DNA of 31,825 nucleotides from Macrostomum lignano (Eukaryota): NCBI GenBank assembly GCA_002269645.1, contig NIVC01004909.1, positions 1 to 31,825 of the forward strand, read 5' to 3'. Shown piece by piece: positions 21,773 to 30,989 of this stretch (position 1 is its first letter; each line of letters starts with the position of its first letter). The notes under the pieces were generated by a model. It saw only the letters and a program-made list of their open reading frames with translations, ran no database searches and was not told where the DNA came from. The position numbers and the translations under genes were made by a program.

Positions 21773-23053
21773 ATGGCTTACGGATTCAACCCGAGACTCG
21801 ATTTGTTCAAGTCCCCCATGCTGCAGACTGCCATTGAAAAATCCACATATGTTGATATTCACCCGTGAACTCTATTGCTACTAACTCACCTATTGAATTC
21901 GACTGTCATCCATCGGCTGATGAGTACACTGATCTGCTGAGCTCATTCCTGTATATTCGCTGTCGCCTAGTCCGGCTTGGCGGGGCTTTGATGAGGGAGG
22001 AGGTTCGAAATGCCGATGGAGTTGTCACTGAGCGCAGAGACAGTGGGGTGCACCCAGAAAACTTTGTCCTGTCTACGGCATTCTCAGATGTAATCGTGAG
22101 CATCAACCAGCGCATTGTATCAGGTGGAGACCAGCTCTACCCCTACCATGCCTACCTAAAAGCTCTCATGGCTCATCCGATGCTCAGCAGTTAAAGTTCT
22201 ACCCCGCCGGATTCCTGGAACCCGAAACTGCTGCTGAGGGGCATGCCGAGAGACACCGGGAGTCCCGCTGGGTGGAGTATGCGGGACCACTGCTCAGCGA
22301 CATCTTCCAGTGTCCTGTTCTGCTGCTGAACAATTTACACCTGCACATCAAGCTGATGCCCAGTGATGCTGCATTCGCCATCGAACCCCAGATGATAACA
22401 ACACAGCCTACCGAATGGAAATCTCCCACTGCATTCTGAACCTGCGCCGAGTCAAAGTGGCGCCTCACATCAGCCTGGCGCATGAGCAGGGACTGACCAA
22501 TCAGAACGCACTCTACCCCATCGAGCGAACCGAAATGCAAAACTTTATTCTACCCCAGGGAATTCAGTCAAAAAACATTGAAGGATTCACCCATGGCAAA
22601 CTGCCGAAGTTCGTTATGCTGGTCTTCGTGAACCACCGAGCCTTCAATGGCCATCACCATTCCAGCCCTTTCGAGTTCCAGAGCTTCAACCTCAGCCAGC
22701 TAGCACTAAAGAAAGGTGGTGAAGCCATGTGCCACGCTGCATTTGCACCTGAGAATAATTCATTCGTGAGAGAGTACTTGCACTACCTGAAAAGCTGTCA
22801 GTCAGCCAGCCCTAGCAACTCGGTTCCGTGGGTCCCCTACCAGTTGTTCTCCAACGGCAACACAGCTTTCGCATTCGATCTCACGCCTGAGGGAGCGGCC
22901 CTGTGGTACGGACAGAAGGAGGGCAATTTGCGGCTGGAGATTCGCTTCCGACAGGCCCTGGAGGAGCCTGTATCTCTGATTGTTATGTGCCTGTATGACT
23001 CACTGATTGAGGTCACCAAGCACAGGGAGATTCTGCTAGATTTTCCATCCTAG
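21773..23053 (+). CDS. Polinton major capsid protein (double jelly-roll); three frameshifts as assembled
   Basis: LDLFKSPMLQTAIEK...HP-VNSIATNSPIEF, DLLSSFLYIRCRL, GPLLSDIFQ...LLNNLHLHIKL, LPKFVMLVFV...AFNG...SPFEF, AFAFDLTP and GNLRLEIRF..AL. The pieces join through single-base deletions near 21866, 22175 and 22390. Confidence 0.9.
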
Positions 23054-23076
23054 GAGTACGCTGGCGCAACGCTAAT

Positions 23077-23595
23077 ATGGATGCTTTTCAACTGCTTAAA
23101 CTGGCTAAAAGCTTTTTGCCACAAAATAACTGTTTAATTATTGTCTTGAATTCAATAAATAAAACATCTTATGCTTTAAACTTTATTCAGCGAGCAACTC
23201 TCAAAAGAAATTTATCTCGATGTAAGTTTATTTTCTTTCTGCTTCAGTACAGCTCATCCTTCGGTCACTGGGTGGTTTGTTATGCTGATAAGGAGAATTC
23301 CATAGAACTCTTTAACTCTCTGGGCTGGGACTCCAGCACTTTAGAGATCATTCACAGAGCACTGAAATCCTTTTGGTATTCTCCATTCTACTTACGTAGC
23401 AATGTGAATCGAATTCAGAGCTGCGACTCTGCTAAATGCGGTTTGTTCTGTCTCTTGTTTGCCTATCAAAAGTTTCGTTTCAAGCGCTCGTTTGAGTGGG
23501 TTCTGCGGCACCTCCATGCAAATCAGCAGAGCCACTTGAATGAAAGAATTCTGCAAAGGTTTGAGAGTTGCTTAAGAAAAAAGAAATTTAATTAG
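23077..23595 (+). CDS. Adenain-like (C5) cysteine maturation protease
   Basis: GHWV (His), ELFNSLG (usually FDS), IQS (oxyanion Gln) and CGLFC (Cys). Confidence 0.88.
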   Translation: MDAFQLLKLAKSFLPQNNCLIIVLNSINKTSYALNFIQRATLKRNLSRCKFIFFLLQYSSSFGHWVVCYADKENSIELFNSLGWDSSTLEIIHRALKSFWYSPFYLRSNVNRIQSCDSAKCGLFCLLFAYQKFRFKRSFEWVLRHLHANQQSHLNERILQRFESCLRKKKFN

Positions 23596-23628
23596 ACTTT
23601 TAAAATCAAGGATTTAGCTCAACAGGCG

Positions 23629-24281
23629 ATGGAAACACGTGAGCGGATAAACTGTTATGATGTGCGCCTGCGACAGGGAAGCTGCATGATTGTCAGCGGG
23701 CCTACAAATGCAGGAAAGACAACCTTCGTGAAACATCTGATACAATACAAGGATGTCCTGTTTGATGTGAAGCCTGGGAGAGTTCTGTGGTACTACGGGA
23801 TTTCACAAGCAGCACACTCTGAGCTCAGCAGTCTCGGCGTGCACCTGCAGCAGGGATTTCCCAGCAGTATCGAGACCGCACTGAGACCCAATGACCTGGT
23901 TGTATTTGATGACCTGATTGAAGAAACTTCCAATTCTGCTGCAATGCGAAATGTTTTCACTGGAATTGCCCATCATTTGCCCTGCTTTCTGGTTATGCTC
24001 ACCCAAAATGTATTTTTTAAAGGGAAGGAGTTGCGAACAATGAGTCTGAATGCGATGTACTTTGTGATCATGAAGAACCCCAGAGACCAGCTGCAGATTG
24101 CAGCGCTGGGCAGGCAGTGCTTTGCTGAGAAGCCCGGCTTTCTGCTGTCAGTGTTCAAGCACGTGACATCGCACGGCAGGGGAGCCTACCTGCTCCTGGA
24201 TTTTCACCCTTCCACCCCTGATGAGCTGCGGTCCGGGCTCGAATCCTGCCCAATCAGCGACCCCACCTGGTTTACACTTAA
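23629..24281 (+). CDS. A32/FtsK-like genome packaging ATPase
   Basis: Walker A GPTNAGKT, Walker B LVVFDDL, and HH...LTQN...RTMSLN...KNPRD. A one-base frameshift near 24229 restores the typical ending LRVRARILPNQRPHLVYT with TAA at 24279-24281; the ORF track reads on to 24348. Confidence 0.93.
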
Positions 24282-24334
24282 GAATAACAGCCGAGATTTT
24301 GGCATTTGTTCTATATTCTGCAACACTAATGATA

Positions 24335-24646
24335 ATGGAAACCTTTGACTCACATGAAAGTTTGTTTGATGTTCTCGCGTCACCGAAATATTCCATCAGC
24401 TTTAAACGTCTGTTGATCAGAGCGGGTCCAAAAGCCGTACGTGAATTTCTCATTGAGGCCTGCTACAACCTATTGCAAAACACTCTGTCGTTCTCACTCA
24501 CTGAAAAGGCAGCGCTGGTGAAGCAAAAGCAAATAATCCGCAAAATTTCTACACATAGAAGAACTGCGGATCTGCTAAATACGGGTTTTATCAAAATTCT
24601 CTACATTCTAATAAAGCTAGTGAAGAAAAAGAAGCAAAATGAATAA
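24335..24646 (+). CDS. Conserved small Polinton protein with a cationic amphipathic C-terminus
   Basis: FLIEACYNLLQNTLSFS...KAALVKQKQIIRKI resembles the conserved ORF found next to Polinton ATPases; it ends GFIKILYILIKLVKKKKQNE. Confidence 0.65.
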   Translation: METFDSHESLFDVLASPKYSISFKRLLIRAGPKAVREFLIEACYNLLQNTLSFSLTEKAALVKQKQIIRKISTHRRTADLLNTGFIKILYILIKLVKKKKQNE

Positions 24647-25297
24647 GTTCTCAGAAATGGTTCTGATCCCCAAGTCAGAGTACGACATGCTCACACAGAA
24701 TTTGAAGCCAGTCGAGTCTGAAATGGACACTGCTGTGAGATATGCGCAGAGGAAATGCAATGATATTTTGCTTGCCGAGGATTGCCCAGACGATGTGAAA
24801 GCTGCCATGTACCATGATGCGATGAAGAGTTTGCTGGCCAAGCGCAAGCGGACTGGAAAGGATGGTGCGGTACCTGCGAGTGATGCAAAGATGCTGAAAA
24901 CAGATATTGCACAAGCAGCTGGGGGGAAAAGATCACCCAATCCGTGCCGCAGAAGTTTAAAGCGAGAGCCCGCAGTCTATGGGCCATCCTATCTGGCAAT
25001 CCCTCTCTGATTCAGGTGTCCGAAAATGGCGAGGCGCAAATTTCTGGGAAGACAATACCCTCCTCAAACATCCTGGATTTGTTTCACAGTGCGGTGAGGG
25101 ATTCGAAATGTGCCAACGAGCCGGTAGGCTGGAGTGAGTTTGTCTCATTGCTTCAAGACAAAAAGCTTAACATCCCAGCTTCGGCTATAGGAAAGTCAGT
25201 AAGGCAGCTAATTTCTAAACCGGCTGTTTCTCCAGAGGCCACCCCTGCACATCATACAGTTAAGGGATTCGGGAGTGGGAGAGCCTGGCTACACTGA
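24639..25297 (+). CDS. Conserved Polinton hypothetical protein; one frameshift
   Basis: MVLIP...DDVKAAMY, then after a one-base deletion in the G/A run near 24925: VPQKFKARARSLW...GEAQISGKTIPSSNILDL...PVGWSEFVSLL...NIP...IG. Confidence 0.7.
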
Positions 25298-25370
25298 GCA
25301 GGAAAAAAACTATTTAAGAAGGGGAACTGAGTCGGCTTCCCGACATCTTGCGTCTTGAAACCATCCGATC

Positions 25371-25813
25371 ATGAACTATATTGACTTCCAAGGCTTCCCA
25401 CGCGAGAGATCGAGCAGAGATTTCGTTGTGAAGGAGCTGGCCATTGCCCAAGTCCGGGCTGGCAGTTACCATATCACTCATCACGTGTACGCCTCTCCGT
25501 TCTCATGGGAGAGAATCTCACCTGAGATGCAAGTGCATTACAGAAAGCTCTCAAAGAATTTGCATCATTTCAAGTGGACAGATGGATCTCGACCGTACAT
25601 GCATTTGGCAATGACATTCTAAACATTGCTTACGGTCCCACCTGGACAAGCGGGGTGAAAAGTCCATCTTTCTGACTGAGCTGCTTGGCAGACAGGTGTA
25701 CAACCTAGAGGATCTGGGATCACCTTTGATTCAAGCATCTGATACTGGTTGCGCAGTGAAAAATGTATTACTGTACTACAACTGGCTGAAACCGAAGTTC
25801 TGTATCAACTTAA
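25371..25813 (+). CDS. Polinton-associated protein with DEDD/DnaQ-exonuclease-like N-terminus; frameshifted
   Basis: IDFQGF...FVVKELA...PFSW...HHFKWTDGSRPY, then after two one-base deletions KRGEKSIFL...VYNLEDLGSP...CAVKNVLLYYNW. The fold assignment is tentative and the end coordinate is inferred. Confidence 0.5.
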
Positions 25814-25882
25814 GAAGCGAGGTGTGCCCGCACCACTCAAAAGCTCGCAAAGACAGTACCACAGGCAGAAAGGACTCTCTAA

Positions 25883-26444
25883 ATGAGTACACCTGCGACA
25901 GCCCTGCGAGTGACCAATCTGGTCGGCGGCGTGGATCTGAGACTTGCTGGAGGCAGGGGTGCCCATTGCCTCTGCGGGAACTGGCTCTCAGCATGGCTCA
26001 TGTCATCTATCGTCCCGTCTGGCCCCGAGTGCTTATCAAGAGGATGCGGAATCCCAGAGTGACTCTATTGCTCTATCCGACTGGACAACTGAGTATCTGT
26101 GGCGCCCGGAGCTACTCGGCCTCAGTCAGGGCCGCTCGTCGCTTCGTGGCTATGCTGCATCGCAGAGTGCCTGCTCAACTGCTGCCTCATCAAGCTGTGC
26201 ATGTGCGGATTAAAACTATTACTGCTCATGGGAAATTGACTTGTGCAGAGCACTTCCCCTCGCTAATCTTGTAAACACTTTACCAAGTGCTCAATATGAG
26301 CCAGAATCATTTTCTGCTTTGATCTGCAAACTAAGCTTCTGCAAATGCCTGCTTTTTCACAATGGCTCATTTGTTCTCAGTGGTGCAAAAACAATGAGCA
26401 TGCTAATTTCCGACTTTTCCTTGCTTGTCCGTTTTCTGTGCTAA
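25883..26444 (+). CDS. TATA-binding-protein (TBP)-like protein with both direct repeats; two frameshifts as assembled
   Basis: Repeat 1: LRVTNLVGGVDL...LRELA...YRPVWPRVLIKRMRNPRVTLLLYPTGQLSICGARS...RAARRF. Repeat 2: IKTITAHGKL...LPLANL...YEPESFSALICKL...CLLFHNGSFVLSGAKT. Single-base deletions near 25960 and 26245. Confidence 0.88.
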
Positions 26445-26465
26445 TAATAACCATATGTTTCAACA

Positions 26466-26591
26466 ATTAAATAAAAAGACGACAGCTGAACAAAAATATA
26501 ATAATCTTGCATGCATATACCACGTATTAAGATGCGTGCATTTTAATCAATATACCTGAAAATCAGACTTCGATCGACTTTTTCTTTATTT
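26466..26591. terminator. Convergent polyadenylation region between the TBP-like and PolB genes
   Basis: AATAAA on the plus strand at about 26469, just after the TBP-like stop. TTTATT (AATAAA on the minus strand) at about 26585 in the AT-rich spacer. Confidence 0.35.
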
Positions 26592-27159
26592 TCAAACTGA
26601 AATCGCAATATTAGTTTGAGTATAGAAAATTTAATCAGACCACAACCAACTCAAGAAAAAAAGCACACCCATCACTCAGATTATGCACTGCTAAGACAAA
26701 TAAAAACGAACAAGAACTAGCAGAAATGAAAAAGGAAGCCAATATTTTTCAGATAATCATTGGATAATGGTTACAAAAAATATGAGTAGCAAAGCTAGCA
26801 AAGATAAAAAAGGACAGTAACTCAGTTCATTCAATTGTGCAAAAATTCAAGGATAATAAAAAAGGGAAAGCCAGACCAATATGCCGCAAATTATTCCAAC
26901 ATGGCTTTCACAAGTTCGTATTGAAATAAATCTGGAACAACTCAACTCGAAAATGTTACGCTCAGTTAGTTGCTTAGAGACTACAAATATGTAACTAACT
27001 GAATTGGCTCTATTCGTTCCAGCATTGTCATTATCATCATCATCCATCATTATCATCATCATCATCATTCAGATTAATTAAACCACAGAAACAATTCATG
27101 GAGTACATAAGTAAAAGTCAATAAATTTCAACGCCAAGGTTACACAGATGTGCAAAGCA

Positions 27160-30100
27160 TCACTCTAAGCAGTCCGCTGTCCTTTTCGGACTACCCCTGA
27201 TTAACAGCTGAAAGTGGCCGAACGGAAGACTTGAGTTCGAGCCAGTCCACGCTCGCTTGTCCTCCCAGATACTGAGAGCGAGCTTACGTTGCTCAATGGT
27301 GAAAACGCGATGTTTCTCACTTCCAATTCGACGAACAGTGAGCGACAGCTTTGAAGCCCCCTTGAAAATCTTGACGTAGTCGTCGTGGGAGACTTCATTC
27401 TTCAGCACGCTTCGTTGGATGCCTTTTGCTTTTGCTTTGCATGCCGCCGAGCTTTCAGCGAGGAAAGAATAGAGCTTGGGCCTTAGCAGCACCCACTCAA
27501 TCTGTTGCAGTCCACCAGCTTCATCTTTAATGCAGCCTAGCTTGGCCTTTAGCCGATTCGAGAAGAGAGGATGATTAGTGAAAAAATTGGAGGTGTCCAA
27601 GAGGCCTTCGGCATGCAGGATTGGCAGCACTTCTCTCTGCAAACTAAGGTTCTCTAAGCTCAAAAACAACGAGTCTGTATCGCCACCGCAAACTCGAACT
27701 CTTGCTCCATCACGGAATTCTAGCATGGGTTTTATTTTGTCATAGTAAAGTCGATACATGATGATCTTGGAGCGATCTAGAACACACTGCCCCATGAAGA
27801 TTGGGCGATCAAGAGTTACTTCGTGCTTTTGAAGCTCAAAGATGCTGAGTGACGGCGTAATGATTGTGAATGATGCGACATTTGGTTGAGAAGAAACAGT
27901 CTTGGCTTTTTTCTTGTCAGTACACACTCTGATGTCCCGCCGCTTGCGCACGTTCTCCATTGTTTTGCCAAACAGGGAGTTATTTTTCAGTTTATAGAAA
28001 TCCTTCTCGAAATCATTTTTCGCCATAGAGCGCTTCTCGCTATTCATCTTAATGTAGTCCGCGAAGACAGGTTCTTGCCTGAATTCGATCATCCTGTGGA
28101 GCCCATGCAACTTCATTCCGTGCGATAGATAGAATCGGAGAGCAGACGAGTGCAGTACATAGGAAAACTTGTTGTGGCATGTGAGCATTAATTTTTGTAC
28201 TCCACGGTAGCGCGCAACGGTAGGATTCTCAGTCGTGTTCGCGTCGGGCTGCTGCTGCTGATGATGCTGAGAATGATCATTGTCATGTTGAAGCAGTACC
28301 CATAATTCTCGCATGTACTGCGGAAATTCTTCAAAATTCGGACACCTTTTCTCTGGGGCGAATGGAAGATCCTCCGTTGCCGTGTGGATTTCGGCTGGGT
28401 AGAGCAAATCCGCTTCGACAAGGTAGCCGATTGGAGCGTCATCATCCAGGGAAAGAAAGCGGCACTCGGACCAGGAGCACAGCTCCTCTTGACTGAGCCA
28501 GCGAAAGCCGCCAACAGGTAGGGGCATTGTGAGCGCATGACCATAAAGGTTATTAGCATCAACAGCCAGTAAACTCCTACCTGCTGGTTCATTATCATCA
28601 TCACTACTTTCGCTCTGGACATGATGTACATTGACAAAAGACATTCCACCCCGAATTCCTTTCTCAAACATTTTATACATCTCGAGGTCAGTTAGCAGTT
28701 CGATCTTGACTTGAGAAGACTTTAGTGCAGAAGCGAATGATAAGCCTGGAGTTGACACAAAATGCACCGGATCTAGCTTGTCTTCCTGCAAACTCAGCCT
28801 TCGAAACCCTTCAAAGATATCTGCTAGTTGCCTGATGTCCAGCTCCAAGTAGCAGAGCATGTAATCGCGCAATGTTGTAGATTCGAATTCAGTCCAGGCC
28901 TTCTGCGCATGCCGATACTCCGCCTCGGTACAGTGGCTGTTGGTGAGTCGGTTAAAAAAGCTTTCTACTTTTGGTAGTTGGCGATCATCAAGCACATTCA
29001 AATTCGAGAGATAATCATACGGGAAAACTCCCTTACTAAACAGTACATCGCTTGAGAGATTTGGATACTTTGATCGCATCGCATTAGTGATGGGGCAGTT
29101 GTCCTCCGGCAAGTTCTTAATAAGTTGAGAGAGACTGCTGTGTAGGAATTGCAGTGAGTCGATGAATTGTAGCGTGAAAAACAGGGGCTTTTTTACGCCA
29201 TCTTTCTCATACTCATCAATCTGGAACTCGACCCTCATGGAGAGGTACGACTCAGCAGTTTGGGGGATGACGCTCACCCTCCAACCAGTCATGTCACCCA
29301 GCGCAGTTGAGAAAATCAAATGCAGGTCATATCCGCGAAGATTGTGGAAAACTATTGGCAAAAATCGCCGTTTCAGCCGAGCAAGCTTGTTACACGAAGC
29401 GCAGGCAGCACCCTTGTATTCACCGCTGAGGTGGTCGTGATCCCAGTGCTTGTCAGAAGATGAAATGAACACTGCATTGCATAAATAGCACTGTGTGGAT
29501 CTTGAAAGCTGCGCCTGTTGTCATCACTGTTTCTGTCAGCAATCTGATGACTAAACTCGGTATTCCAACCATAAACTTCACGAGCAAGACGTTCGAGTGA
29601 GGCCAAAAACTGTTTCACGACAGAATTCGGATTGGGTCCGCTGCAGAGGAAAACATCCTCACTCGGCCTCAGAATTTTGCTGCTCATACCCTCTCTTGGA
29701 ATAACAATGTAGCCAGCAGCTACAGGTACATGCTCAGTTAACTTGGTGACAGTAACTTCTCTTTCAGGCTTCACTGGTTCACGTGGGGTGTTCAGAGCTT
29801 CAAAATCTGCGTAGACAACAAATGGGGACTGATTGTCTTTTCCCAAGCCATGAACTGCATTGTGTTGCTACTTGCATCAGGCATGCGCTCCATGATGGCT
29901 GGTTTCAGTTGAGGATTGCAGCTGTCTCGATGCTGCTCCAACTCTTCCTGGAATCGAAACGGAGAAATGCACTTCTCACACCATTTGCGATTCCTCAGAC
30001 CTTTTTTGCTGTTCAGGAGCCGGTCCAGGTTCGAAACTGCACACCAGTGTCCAGTCCCACAATTCTCATCACCACCATCATCATCATCAGCATCATCGGA

Positions 30101-30916
30101 GCTGGAGTTGCGAAGCAAGAGTAGAGGAATAACCTTGCGAGAGGCACAAATCCCAGGAAGAGGCTGGCGAATGACATAGGCCTCATCATCTTCCCAGCTA
30201 AAAACTGTGAAACAGATTTCGGAATTCTTTTCCTCTATAACGTCTAAATCGGAAATTGCGACTGGTAGTGCGATGCCGCTCAGATCGATTTCATCCAACC
30301 ATCTGCTGTAAGTTGTTAGTCGATGGCAAGACTTCATCACACCTGGATCTCTGATGTGCAGGTAAGCGAGACAGGCAAACAGAAAGCAATTGTTTCCATC
30401 GCTCGGTGGGTTGATTATGGCCTTCTTAACGGCCAGCTGATTGGGCAAAGAAAAATTCGCGCATCGTCCACGATAGTAGCGAATGCGATCAGTGAGGGCA
30501 GAGCACAGATCAAAATAGTTGATTTGCTCAACTATCCAACCGCTCCCATTTGAATTGTAGGCATCAATCTTGCGTTCCAGCTCAGAAAACTGCTGCAACC
30601 ACCACAATTCAAAATCTCTTAGATCAGAGAGAAGCTCAAGACCGCATGCGATCCACTTATCTTCTGCATTGATTACCGCAGCTTCCTTGATTCTCACCAT
30701 TCTAATGTTGAACTTAAGCTGCGCTCGAATAGATTTATTCTCGGATGAATCGAATCTCATCTCAACAGCCTGTAGCACTGCAAACTTCGTTGATGATAAA
30801 AAATGAAATGGCTCGAGACCTCTTGATGCTGGAGTGAAGCGTCTGACCTGCAGCGTGTCATCATGCGCACTAGCGTGAATAGCCGAGCTGAATTGAATGC
30901 CTGCATGAATTAGCAT
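27160..30916 (-). CDS. polB: Protein-primed family B DNA polymerase (pPolB) with Zn finger and Endo VII/HNH insert; two frameshifts as assembled
   Basis: Zn finger WCEKC...HRDSC; ExoI VYADFE; Endo VII-like C..C...DHDHLSGEYKGAACASCN; ExoII FHNLRGYDLHLI; ExoIII YLELDI; polymerase motifs DANNLYG, KLKNNSLFGK and GGDTDSLF. Single-base deletions near 29840 and 29490. Confidence 0.96.
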
Positions 30917-30952
30917 GTTGTTGGGTGTACGCGTTTCACTCGACAGTTAAAA

Positions 30953-30960
30953 TTTATAAA
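30953..30960 (-). promoter_or_regulatory. TATA-like box upstream of pPolB
   Basis: TTTATAAA 37-44 bp upstream of the ATG at 30916, which has an ACAACATG context. Confidence 0.4.
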
Positions 30961-30989
30961 TCATATCCTAATTCCACCTCATTATGGTG

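Larger units (their letters stand above)
19413..25816 (+). promoter_or_regulatory. Recurrent YTTAAGAA upstream motif (candidate element-specific promoter box)
   Basis: Copies at 19413, 20508, 23571, 24277, 25313 and 25809 lie 43, 46, 58, 52-58, 58 and 74 bp before the ATGs of the integrase, minor capsid, ATPase, small protein, exonuclease-like and TBP-like genes. Confidence 0.5.

Noticed and set aside
25696-26274. Natural fusion of the exonuclease-like protein with TBP
   Set aside because: The joined ORF skips the first conserved TBP strand (LRVTNLV), which lies in another frame behind its own ATG at 25883. A frameshift artefact is the simpler explanation.
27030-27068. Met/Asp-rich ORF 26847..27068
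   Set aside because: It derives from an (ATC)n microsatellite in the intergenic spacer.
21773-30916. Programmed ribosomal frameshifting in capsid, TBP or PolB genes
   Set aside because: There are too many sites and no consistent slippery heptamer, and the same deletion pattern affects a non-element gene.
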